This document shows positions 1-8,018 of a stretch of DNA of 38,737 nucleotides, one piece after another. Below the pieces are notes generated by a model. The model was not told the DNA's origin, searched no databases, and saw nothing but the letters and a program-made list of their open reading frames with translations. The stretch is from a virus. Lineage: Duplodnaviria; Caudoviricetes. Both the position numbers and the translations under genes were made by a program. Each line of letters starts with the position of its first letter. The stretch's first letter is position 1. The DNA is taken from positions 1 to 38,737 of the IMG/VR virus record IMGVR_UViG_3300033067_001866. One strand, 5' to 3'.

Positions 1-11
1 GAGCCCACCCC

Positions 12-449
12 ATGACCGTCAACCGCGTCACCCTCATCGGCAACCTCGGCCGCGACGCCGAGATCCGCAACACCACCTCCGGCATGCAGATCGCCTCCCT
101 TCGCCTCGCCACCACCGACCGCCGCAAGGGCGCCGACGGCACATGGGCCGACTACACCGAATGGCACAGCGTCGTCTGCTTCGACAAGCTCGCGACCCTG
201 ATGGAGCGCTTCGGCAAGAAGGGCAAGCAGCTCTACGTCGAGGGCCGCATCCAGACCCGCGAGTACACCGACAAGGACGGGCAGAAGCGGTGGTCGACCG
301 AGATCATCGCCGGCGAGATCCGCCTCTTGGGCGGCGCGGGCGAGGGCACCGGCACCGGCCAGCCCGAGCGCAGCGCGCCCCCGCGGCAGGCCACCAAGCC
401 GCCCGCGCAGGCGCCCGCGGATGACTACGGCGACGACATCCCGTTCTAA
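12..449 (+). CDS. ssb: Single-stranded DNA-binding protein
   Basis: VNRVTLIGNLGRD, TEWH, YVEGRIQTR OB-fold motifs; acidic C-terminal tip DDIPF. Confidence 0.97.
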   Translation: MTVNRVTLIGNLGRDAEIRNTTSGMQIASLRLATTDRRKGADGTWADYTEWHSVVCFDKLATLMERFGKKGKQLYVEGRIQTREYTDKDGQKRWSTEIIAGEIRLLGGAGEGTGTGQPERSAPPRQATKPPAQAPADDYGDDIPF

Positions 450-464
450 GCCCTGGAGGCCACG

Positions 465-752
465 ATGCTCGACGTTCTCGACAACCAGCCAACCGCCGCC
501 GCTATCGTCTGCGACCGGTGCAACGGTCCTCTGCATGAGCGCCGCATCCATGACCGGCGTCTCGGCATGATGGTCGACCTTCACCGGTTCAAGGCCACAA
601 TCGCTTGCACGCAGTGCCACGCCGCGTTGTCCGGCACCGGTCCGACAGAGGCGGACGCCGTCGGCGCGGCTGTCCGGCGGTGGCAGGATCGGCAGGCCGC
701 ACCGACTGCGGTGGTGGATGGCTACGACCTCGGCGACGAAGCGTTGCTGTAG
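465..752 (+). CDS. Hypothetical Zn-ribbon protein (CDRC...CTQC), distantly Lar-like
   Basis: GGAGG RBS; two CxxC pairs followed by GP..A...W. Confidence 0.7.
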   Translation: MLDVLDNQPTAAAIVCDRCNGPLHERRIHDRRLGMMVDLHRFKATIACTQCHAALSGTGPTEADAVGAAVRRWQDRQAAPTAVVDGYDLGDEALL

Positions 753-770
753 CCCAGGCCTCTCCGCTGC

Positions 771-799
771 AACAAGGCGCCCCCGCGGGCGCCTTTGTT
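771..799. terminator. Probable bidirectional intrinsic terminator
   Basis: AACA-AGGCGCCC-ccgc-GGGCGCCT-TTGTT hairpin between convergent genes. Confidence 0.75.
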
Positions 800-893
800 A
801 TGCCCGACCGCCACCGGGCCCAAAAGCTGAGGCCGCCGGTCGCCCGACGGCCTCGTGACGCCTCCCACGCTTGGCGGGTGCGCTGCTACAGCC

Positions 894-3011
894 TCACACG
901 ATGGAGCACGCCCCGCCAGCGCAGGCGAAGGTCTGCGCGCCCTCGGAGACGCCGTTCTCGAACTCGGCGAGGCGCGACCAATCGACCGACGGCAGCGCGG
1001 CGGTGCGGGCTTCGTACTCCTCGGCGGCCAAGTCGGTCAGCGGCGTGCCGTAGTACGCCCCACCGTCGAAGGACTGGAACGACACCCCGCCCAAGCCGTG
1101 CCGGTGCTCCCACACCCAATCGCGCACCCGGTCCCACTCTTCGGGGCGGACGCTGACGGTCACGCTCTGGTTGTGGCCCTTCTCGCCGAGCCACCCCCGG
1201 TTGATGACCTCAACCCGCTCAAGCAGGTCAACCGCGCCCTCGTCTGCCCGAACCAGCGCCCCGGCCGGCGCCGCCATCGGCAGTTCGAAAAGCCACCCGT
1301 CGACCGTACTCTCGTCAAGCGTCCCGGCCGCCAGCGCTTCGGCCGCCTTGGGTGTCGACGGGATGCACGGCACCCCAGCCTCGCGCAAGACCGCGCAGAT
1401 CGGCGACTTCGCGCTGACGGTGATGCGCCGCAGGTAGTGCGGGGCGTGGTGGGCATGGACGCCCGACGAGCACCCCAAGAACACCGACGAGTTGCCGTCC
1501 GGCTTGCCGCAGGTGACCCCGGCCGCGGGTTCGATCCCGAGCACCTCCGCCCACCGCTCATTCGCACCGACCGCCGCGCCGGCCATCATCCCCAGCTTCG
1601 CCGTCGAGGACGCGATCTGCGGGCAGTCCGCTTGCCCCGACAGGCCGACACCCAACAGCGCATCCCGCCGGGTGACCTCAGTCCACCCCGACCGCAGGCC
1701 CTTGAAGTCGGTGCACGAAGCCTGCAGCGTGCCGATGAACGCCGCGATCTCGGCCTTCGCCAGCGCGCTTTGCAGCGTGTCGGTCGGGCGGAGGATGACG
1801 TTGCTGAGATTGCAGAACTGCCCGCCGCCTTCGATGCCAGCCTTCTCGTCAGCGTCCTGCCACGATAGCCCGATCTCCACACACGGGTTCGCCCGCAGCC
1901 GCCGGCCGCGCTTGCGCTCCAGCCGCCCCGGCGCGAAGATACCCCGCTCGCCGGCCATCGACGTGCGCAGGACCTGCCACTCGGCGTCGAAGTCCTCCCA
2001 GGCCAGGGCATCGGGGTCAGTCAGGACCCAAGAGTTGTTCGCTTGACCGCGGACGTGGGGAATGTCGACCCCCAGCCCCGCCGCCGCTGGGTAGTGCTTC
2101 GCCCAACGCAGCCGCACGTCGTCGCGGTCGGAGAAGCTGATCTCAGCGGAGCGCCGGACACCCCCCACCTGAACAGCGTTGCCGGCCGTGCACTTCAGGT
2201 CGTGCACTTCAATCGTCAGCAGCTTTCGCCGCTCAATCCCGGCGAGCTGGATGGCTGAGCGCAGGCTGCGCAGGTACTCCCGCAGCGGCTCGGGGCCGGA
2301 CGCCTCGCCGCCCTTCGTCTTGAGCTTCGATCCCGCGGACCGGATTTTGGAGAAGTCGAAGTCAACGTCACCACCTGCGAACCACGCCCGCACGCCGATC
2401 TCGACGGCATTGCGCCAGCCTTCGGTCGAGTCCTCGATGGTGTGCGTGGGCTGCAGTACACCCGACCCCGGCACCTCCGGCACCGGAAGCCGATCCACGA
2501 ACTCGCGCTCGACCGAGAAGCCGAAACCCGTGCCGTGCATCAAGATGTACAGCGACTCCCAAAACACCGCGACGCTGTCCGCCGGCGCAAAAGCGCAGTT
2601 GTACAGGGCGATGTCGTTGGCCTCGATCACCTCTCCGGCCGCCCACAACGACCGCATCGACGGCATCACCTCGCGACGGAACACCGCCCGGACCGCGCGC
2701 GCCATCTCCTCGAGGGCCTCGGGCGCCGCCGTCCGCTGCCACAGCCGATACCGGAAGTAGCCGCCCCAGCGCACCACAGTCTCCCGCCACGTCTCGCGCC
2801 GACCATCCGGCCGGACCTTCGCATAGGTCCGCAGCCGCACGATCTCCGACGCGAGTCGCGCGCCCGGCGACAGCCCCGCCAGTGCGTCATCGTCGGTCAG
2901 GTCGACGAGATGCGCCGCCGCCCACGCCTCACACTCGCCCTGCATCTGCGCCCAAGTCCCGGGCGCAAACAGCCCCACGCCGCCCACGGCGGCGCTCTCC
3001 TCACCCGACAT
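894..3011 (-). CDS. nrdJ: Class II (adenosylcobalamin-dependent) ribonucleotide reductase, monomeric RTPR type
   Basis: RTY..RRETW.ETV, MPSMR, NCAF, GTGFGFSV, GGVRRSA, ANPCVEI, QFCNL, C-terminal CAGGAC; ATG 3011 preceded by GGAGGT. Confidence 0.93.
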   Translation of the reverse strand: MSGEESAAVGGVGLFAPGTWAQMQGECEAWAAAHLVDLTDDDALAGLSPGARLASEIVRLRTYAKVRPDGRRETWRETVVRWGGYFRYRLWQRTAAPEALEEMARAVRAVFRREVMPSMRSLWAAGEVIEANDIALYNCAFAPADSVAVFWESLYILMHGTGFGFSVEREFVDRLPVPEVPGSGVLQPTHTIEDSTEGWRNAVEIGVRAWFAGGDVDFDFSKIRSAGSKLKTKGGEASGPEPLREYLRSLRSAIQLAGIERRKLLTIEVHDLKCTAGNAVQVGGVRRSAEISFSDRDDVRLRWAKHYPAAAGLGVDIPHVRGQANNSWVLTDPDALAWEDFDAEWQVLRTSMAGERGIFAPGRLERKRGRRLRANPCVEIGLSWQDADEKAGIEGGGQFCNLSNVILRPTDTLQSALAKAEIAAFIGTLQASCTDFKGLRSGWTEVTRRDALLGVGLSGQADCPQIASSTAKLGMMAGAAVGANERWAEVLGIEPAAGVTCGKPDGNSSVFLGCSSGVHAHHAPHYLRRITVSAKSPICAVLREAGVPCIPSTPKAAEALAAGTLDESTVDGWLFELPMAAPAGALVRADEGAVDLLERVEVINRGWLGEKGHNQSVTVSVRPEEWDRVRDWVWEHRHGLGGVSFQSFDGGAYYGTPLTDLAAEEYEARTAALPSVDWSRLAEFENGVSEGAQTFACAGGACSIV

Positions 3012-3050
3012 ACACACCTCCAAGCCAAAACGAACAGACCGACCCTCAGT

Positions 3051-3099
3051 CTACCACAGATAGAGAGCCGGTCCATGTCAAAAACGCTACAGGTAGTGT
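3051..3099 (-). promoter_or_regulatory. Tandem NrdR-box-like palindromes over the putative nrdJ promoter
   Basis: Minus strand ACACTACCTGTAGCGT (3099-3084) and TCTCTATCTGTGGTAG (3066-3051) resemble acaCwAtATaTwGtg; extended -10-like TGG-TAGACT at 3056-3048. Confidence 0.6.
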
Positions 3100-3112
3100 C
3101 TCCCGCCGGGCA

Positions 3113-4279
3113 TTAGTCCAGGCGCATCGGCATCACAACCACGCCCCGCAGCGTCGCCGAGGACACGTCGGCCACCGGGCCGATGGTCAAGATGCACGGG
3201 TCGAGCGCGTCGCCGAGCGACAGGGTGACCTCGCCGCCGCCCAAGAGGGCCAACGCCTCGGACAGATAGGTCGCGTTGAACCCGGTCCGCAGCGGCGCGC
3301 CATCAAGCTCAGCCTCGACCTCTGCGCGAGCTTCGGATCCCTTCGCACTGCGGGCGGCGAGAAGGATGCGACTCTCCTCAAAGGCGAGGTCGACCGAATG
3401 GTTGCGGTCCTCGGCCGCGAGGCTGACACCCTTGAGCGCCGAGATCAGCACGCCGCTGTCGACCTTGACCGTGCGCTTGAACCGCGGTGGCATGACCAGC
3501 CGATAGTCCGGGAACTCGCCCTCGAGCATGCGGAACCACACCCGGAGGCCGTCGACCGGCTTGCCGTCTTCGTCGACCGGGCCCCACGCCGCTGACCGCT
3601 CACCCAAGCGCAGGCCCCACAGCCCGCCCGCACCGGCCGCCCGCGCCATGCTGCGCGCCACACCCGGAGGGATGAGCATGCGCCGCGGCAGCTTGACGGC
3701 GCTGATCGGCAGGCTGCAGTCCACATCAGACCACGCCAAGCGGCTGCCGTCGGTCGCGACGAGCCGCAGGCCCTCTTCGTCGATCTTCTCGACGCTGACA
3801 CCGTTTAGGCCGTAGCGGTTCGGGTCCTGGCTCGCGTGCGAGGCCACAGCGAACCCGCGCACCCAAGCCTCGCCGGACGCCACCAAGGCATGACCCGGCT
3901 CGCCGTCGGGCTCCCACTGGATCGGCGGGAAGTCGCCCGCGTCGCCGCACGGCAAGACGTGCTCGGCCTTGCCGCACCGGATGGTGACCCGCTTCTGCCG
4001 CTCGTTGTACTTGATCCGCACGGCGCCGTCGAAGAGGCCAGCCACCGCCGACAGCCGGGCGTGGTCGACCAAGATCACGCCCCAGTCATCGACCTGCGCT
4101 TCGGCCCCCACCTCGAACGCCTGCGCGCCGTCGGTCGTCGTGATGACGAGCTTGTCGTTAGCCGCGCTGATGTGCGCGAACGACCACACCGGGTTGACAG
4201 GCCGCGCCGTGATCGCCGCCCGCGTGGCGCCGAGCGCCGCCTTGAGTGCCGACGCGCTCACTGAAACATCCAAAGCCAT
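3113..4279 (-). CDS. dnaN: DNA polymerase III beta sliding clamp
   Basis: DFPPI, RYGLNGV, LVATDGSRL, GEFPDYR.V.P, GFNATYL, C-terminal VVMPMRL; ~388 aa; GGAGGT RBS. Confidence 0.95.
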   Translation of the reverse strand: MALDVSVSASALKAALGATRAAITARPVNPVWSFAHISAANDKLVITTTDGAQAFEVGAEAQVDDWGVILVDHARLSAVAGLFDGAVRIKYNERQKRVTIRCGKAEHVLPCGDAGDFPPIQWEPDGEPGHALVASGEAWVRGFAVASHASQDPNRYGLNGVSVEKIDEEGLRLVATDGSRLAWSDVDCSLPISAVKLPRRMLIPPGVARSMARAAGAGGLWGLRLGERSAAWGPVDEDGKPVDGLRVWFRMLEGEFPDYRLVMPPRFKRTVKVDSGVLISALKGVSLAAEDRNHSVDLAFEESRILLAARSAKGSEARAEVEAELDGAPLRTGFNATYLSEALALLGGGEVTLSLGDALDPCILTIGPVADVSSATLRGVVVMPMRLD

Positions 4280-4281
4280 GA

Positions 4282-4827
4282 TCACACCTCCATCGGGCCG
4301 CGATCAGCGACCGCGGCAAAAAGCCCAAGTTGCCCATCCGCCGAGTCCGACGCTGGCGCCGACAGCGGCACCTCACCGGTCCCGGTCGACCCGAACCCAC
4401 CATCGCCCCGCGCCGTGTCCCCGAGGTCCTCCACCGACCCGACCGCCACGATCCGCACCCGCGGAACCGGCGCGATCACGAGCTGCGCGACACGCTCGCC
4501 GGGCTTGATGACCAGCGCCCGCGGGCCGTGATTGACCAACAGCACGATCACCTCGCCGCGGTAATCGCTGTCGACCGTGCCCGGGGCGTTGGTCACAGTG
4601 ACTCCGTACTCCCGCGCCAGCCCCGACCGCGGCCGGACCTGCCCCTCGTAGCCCTCGGGGATCGCCAGCCACAGACCGGTCGGCACTTCCGCCCGGTCGC
4701 CCGGGTTCAAGCGCAGCGGCACGCCGATCCGCGCAGACAAGTCCCAGCCCGCCGCGCCCGGCGTGGCCTGGGCAGGCAGCGCGCCGCCCTCGGCGTAGAC
4801 CTTGACTTCGACGATCTCATCGCTCAT
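4282..4827 (-). CDS. dut: Trimeric dUTPase with a C-terminal extension containing QLGLF
   Basis: Motifs I-V: [39 protein letters not shown]; start at MSDEIVEV with GGAGGT RBS. Confidence 0.95.
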   Translation of the reverse strand: MSDEIVEVKVYAEGGALPAQATPGAAGWDLSARIGVPLRLNPGDRAEVPTGLWLAIPEGYEGQVRPRSGLAREYGVTVTNAPGTVDSDYRGEVIVLLVNHGPRALVIKPGERVAQLVIAPVPRVRIVAVGSVEDLGDTARGDGGFGSTGTGEVPLSAPASDSADGQLGLFAAVADRGPMEV

Positions 4828-5338
4828 CGCGCACCTCCACAGTCTCGTTGACGTGGCTCGCCACTGCGCCATCAACCACCACCAACGAAGGCGCCCAGCC
4901 GCCACGCGCGACGCGCAGCCATCGCTCATAGGTGGCGGTGGAGTCGCCGAACCAACTGGCGCCGTTGTCGGCCAGCCACTGCGCCAACTCCTCCGGTGCC
5001 GCAAAGGCCGGGCTGATCGGCGTGCCTTCGCTCGTGTCCTCGTACATCATCAGGTTGGTGCGCTGCTCCGCGGGCCAGTCCGGCATGTAGTCATCCCGGT
5101 GCGGGCGTTGGCCCTCCCATTGCTCGAAGGTCATCGCCCGGCTGTCCGGGTCTGTGCAGTAGTCGGGCCGCCAGCCAGCCTTCCACTTCGCGCAGTCCTC
5201 ATCCCAAGAGTCCACATCGTTCTGGTAGCGCTCGCCCGGAAACAGCGGCCTGTAGCGCTCAACAGGGCCGCTCGGCCCCAACACCACATCCTTCGGGTGC
5301 TGCCAATCGGCCGGCACACGTCGTACTTCTCTTCCCAT
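4817..5338 (-). CDS. Conserved phage hypothetical protein (MGREVRRVP...[12 protein letters not shown])
   Basis: AGGAGGT RBS; motif pattern seen in uncharacterised phage proteins; overlaps dut start. Confidence 0.8.
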   Translation of the reverse strand: MGREVRRVPADWQHPKDVVLGPSGPVERYRPLFPGERYQNDVDSWDEDCAKWKAGWRPDYCTDPDSRAMTFEQWEGQRPHRDDYMPDWPAEQRTNLMMYEDTSEGTPISPAFAAPEELAQWLADNGASWFGDSTATYERWLRVARGGWAPSLVVVDGAVASHVNETVEVRDER

Positions 5339-5379
5339 CCCTACCTCCTTCATCCGCCGCATCCCGCGCCGGCCCCACA

Positions 5380-5408
5380 ACCCTAAGCCACGCGCCCGCA
5401 CCTGTCAA
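5380..5408 (-). promoter_or_regulatory. Sigma70-type promoter for the dut-dnaN-nrdJ operon
   Basis: TTGACA (5408-5403)-N17-TAGGGT (5385-5380) on minus strand. Confidence 0.75.
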
Positions 5409-5438
5409 CGCACGCCGCAAACTTTCTGCGCCGCCGAC

Positions 5439-5467
5439 TTGACGGCTCCATCGCCCCGGCATAGCCT
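5439..5467 (+). promoter_or_regulatory. Divergent rightward sigma70-type promoter
   Basis: TTGACG-N17-TAGCCT. Confidence 0.7.
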
Positions 5468-5646
5468 ACCCCTGTCAAGCAGGGCGAGCGCTCATCAGCC
5501 CGCGCCGGACGGCTCGCCCTGCACATGGTCGGCCGGCGCGGCGGTCTGCAGTCCGTACTCTGCACGGGGCCTGCCCGGCCCCCCGGTCGCTACTCCTCCG
5601 GCGACGCACTTGGCCGGGCACTTTTCCACAGACGACAGGAGCACCG

Positions 5647-5973
5647 ATGCCAACCCAGGGCCCCCGCACCATCCTTGTCCCCGGCGAGTACGTCACCCCA
5701 AGCGGCTGCGTCTATCGCGCGCTGGTCCGCGTCCGCGTCGGTGAAGCCGGCGACCGCCACACCCCGCCGAGCCCGCATGAACCCGAGGGCTTTGAGCCCG
5801 GATCGGTCACGTACACCAACGCCGACGGAGAGACGGAGGCGGTCGGGCACCTCGCCGTGACGGCGCGCGTCCACCTCCGCATCGAAGCCATCGCCCTCTC
5901 CCGCCTGCCCGCCCCCGGCGCGCCGCAGTCCGCGTGGGAGCGCTGGCACGCCGATCACGGCGGCACCCCGTGA
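5647..5973 (+). CDS. Hypothetical protein
   Basis: ACAGGAG RBS; GTGA coupling to next ORF. Confidence 0.7.
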   Translation: MPTQGPRTILVPGEYVTPSGCVYRALVRVRVGEAGDRHTPPSPHEPEGFEPGSVTYTNADGETEAVGHLAVTARVHLRIEAIALSRLPAPGAPQSAWERWHADHGGTP

Positions 5974-6062
5974 CCGCCATCGACGCCCTCGCCGCCGCCC
6001 TGATCGTCGGGGCGGTAGTCCTCACGCTGCGCGCCTGCCGCGCGATCCGGAGCCCGCGATGA
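5970..6062 (+). CDS. Small membrane peptide (30 aa, MTAIDALAAALIVGAVVLTLRACRAIRSPR)
   Basis: Fills the gap with GTGA and ATGA overlaps; one hydrophobic helix. Confidence 0.6.
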   Translation: MTAIDALAAALIVGAVVLTLRACRAIRSPR

Positions 6063-6424
6063 CCGAGCCTGCCAATCCGCCCAGCCTGCTGCCCTGCCCC
6101 TTCTGCGGCAAGCCTGCCGGGATCTGCACCGCAGAGGACGAAAAGTACGTAGTAGCCTGCGACTGGTGTTGGGCTGAGGGTGCCAGCGGCTACAACGCCG
6201 AGCAAGCGGCCTCCCTGTGGAACCGTCGCGCCGAGCCGACCGCCGCCCTCACCGAAGCGCGTGCCGCCGGGTTCGCCGATGCTCTCAGGGAGATCGAAGT
6301 GCGAGCCACGGCCCTTGAAGTCAAGATCACCAACGGCACTTGGGACACGGACACCGAGACGCAGGCTCGTGAGCTGCGCACGATGGCCTCCCTCCTCCGG
6401 CGCAAGGCACAGGAGCCCGTATGA
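6059..6424 (+). CDS. Lar (restriction alleviation)-like Zn-ribbon protein
   Basis: LLPCPFCG...VACDWCWAEG...A..WNRR. Confidence 0.75.
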   Translation: MTEPANPPSLLPCPFCGKPAGICTAEDEKYVVACDWCWAEGASGYNAEQAASLWNRRAEPTAALTEARAAGFADALREIEVRATALEVKITNGTWDTDTETQARELRTMASLLRRKAQEPV

Positions 6425-6741
6425 CCGCCGCCGGCCCCAACCACAAGCGTCACAGTCGCCGATCCCCGGACGCCGGCCCGCCTCCCGGTGCCGTCCGCCG
6501 GTCGGTGACGTGCACCGGCCTGACCACCGATGCCGGCCACCGCGCCGAGATCACCGTTCACCTGCACATCTCCGCCGACCGCAAGCGCGCCACGGCCACG
6601 CCTGCGCCCCGATGCTGGATCGACGGCCAGCCGCACCCGTGGCAGGCGCCGCCCGAGCTGATCGCCAAGGCCGTCCAAGCCGCCGCCGTGGCGCAGCCGG
6701 TGACCCCGGAGATCGTGCCGTCGCTCAAGATGCTGCGCTGA
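6421..6741 (+). CDS. Hypothetical protein
   Basis: AGGAG RBS; ATGA overlap. Confidence 0.65.
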   Translation: MTAAGPNHKRHSRRSPDAGPPPGAVRRSVTCTGLTTDAGHRAEITVHLHISADRKRATATPAPRCWIDGQPHPWQAPPELIAKAVQAAAVAQPVTPEIVPSLKMLR

Positions 6742-6755
6742 TCGGCTATCTCGAC

Positions 6756-6864
6756 AAAGTTAGATTATCTTTCGCGTCATGCTTGACGACCAATCGAGGG
6801 GTGGATAGAGTCTGTGTGTCGGAAGGGCGCGGCAAGCAAGCCGCCAACCGACACGGAGCCGACC
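6756..6864 (+). promoter_or_regulatory. Promoter cassette 1
   Basis: AAAGTTAGATTATCTTT-N10-TTGACG-N17-TAGAGT, leader stem-loop, GGAGCCGACC-ATG. Confidence 0.85.
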
Positions 6865-7239
6865 ATGAACGCCACCCCCGCCGTCAACGCCCGCATCGCC
6901 CGCCGCAACAGCATCATCGCCGCCCACGAGGCTGCTGAGGAGGCGCTGGCCGATGCTACCCGCCGCGCCGAGTGGGCCGCCGACAAGGCCGAGCGCCTCG
7001 AGAAGATCGCCGCCCTGGTCCGCACCGGCGGCACCCCCGCCGAGTCGGCACTCGATGACATGCGCACCGCGGCCAGCAAGACCCTCGGCTGGCGCGCTTA
7101 CGACATGACCGCCGAGGTCGTCCTCCCTTACTACCTCGCCGAGATCGCCGCGCAGGTGAAGACCACCGCCGCCACCCTGGACGCCGCCCGCGCTGCCTTC
7201 GGCGCCGCTGAGAAGGCGTACAACCGCCTTCGGTTCTAA
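6865..7239 (+). CDS. Hypothetical helical protein, first gene of cassette 1
   Basis: GGAGCCGACC-ATG; strongly C/G-ending codons. Confidence 0.8.
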   Translation: MNATPAVNARIARRNSIIAAHEAAEEALADATRRAEWAADKAERLEKIAALVRTGGTPAESALDDMRTAASKTLGWRAYDMTAEVVLPYYLAEIAAQVKTTAATLDAARAAFGAAEKAYNRLRF

Positions 7240-7314
7240 GCCCGCCGGGCCGCCCCGGGCCCACCACCACAGCGCCGCGCGGGGCCTCCGCGGCGCGCCT
7301 TCGCGGAGCCGACC

Positions 7315-7650
7315 ATGCCCGATCCCGCCGCGCCAAACTACAGCCTCCACAACCCGTCATCCCGCGAAGACGTCATCGCCCTCGCCGATGCCGTCCGACT
7401 GCTCTACCCGGGAGCCATCGTCAAAGCGATGGACGACGACTCCCCAGCGTGGATCTGCCAGATCGTCCTGCCGACCTCGGAGACCCGCGGGGTGTCTATC
7501 GGCATCGTGTGCAACACCTGGGGCGCACACGAGTACTGGCACCCCAACGGCCGGGTCTACATCGGCCACAACGATCCTCTCGACCTCATCAGCGTCATCC
7601 GCGACGCGATCACACACATCGGCTGCCGCAGCCGAGCGTTTGGAGCCTGA
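7315..7650 (+). CDS. Hypothetical protein, paralogue A
   Basis: GGAGCCGACC-ATG; shares APNYS.HNP..R..VI.LADAV and DL.SVI.DA with next ORF. Confidence 0.8.
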   Translation: MPDPAAPNYSLHNPSSREDVIALADAVRLLYPGAIVKAMDDDSPAWICQIVLPTSETRGVSIGIVCNTWGAHEYWHPNGRVYIGHNDPLDLISVIRDAITHIGCRSRAFGA

Positions 7651-8018
7651 CATGCCCGTCGCCACCGCACCCAACTACAGCCACCACAACCCCGCCCACC
7701 GCGACAGCGTGATCGGCCTCGCCGATGCCGTGTGCCGCCTCTGGCTCGGTGCCAGGGTTGATACCTCGCACGCTGGGGCGACCTCGGCGTGGGTGCAGAG
7801 CGTGCGCCTGCCGTTCGGCGAGAGGCGCGAGGTTGTCATCACCCTCGAGATCGATGGCTGGCAGGCTGAAAGCCGACTCAAGATGCCGATGGGTGACGAC
7901 TATGACGAGTGGCCGCTGAGTCACGCGAACCCCAACGACCTGCTCAGCGTCATTCACGACGCTTTCGCGTACATCCACGACCGAAACGCCCTCGGAGCCT
8001 GACATGCCCGTCGCCACC
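7642..8018 (+). repeat. 25-bp direct repeat GGAGCCTGACATGCCCGTCGCCACC at 7642-7666 and 7994-8018
   Basis: Exact repeat spanning stop, RBS and first five codons (MPVAT). Confidence 0.9.
7652..8002 (+). CDS. Hypothetical protein, paralogue B
   Basis: GGAG RBS, ATG 7652; tandem paralogue of 7315..7650. Confidence 0.8.
   Translation: MPVATAPNYSHHNPAHRDSVIGLADAVCRLWLGARVDTSHAGATSAWVQSVRLPFGERREVVITLEIDGWQAESRLKMPMGDDYDEWPLSHANPNDLLSVIHDAFAYIHDRNALGA

Noticed and set aside
894-3011. Intein or intron in nrdJ
   Set aside because: Length is normal; the short insertion lacks intein or homing endonuclease motifs
4828-5004. N-terminal extension of the dUTPase ORF
   Set aside because: Overlaps the upstream gene; a better start with GGAGGT is at 4827
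7315-8002. Paralogue pair as DGR template and variable repeats
   Set aside because: Differences are not adenine-specific and no reverse transcriptase is in the window
7642-8018. 25-bp direct repeat as attL/attR or target-site duplication
   Set aside because: Enclosed gene is a paralogue of its neighbour and no recombinase or transposase is present
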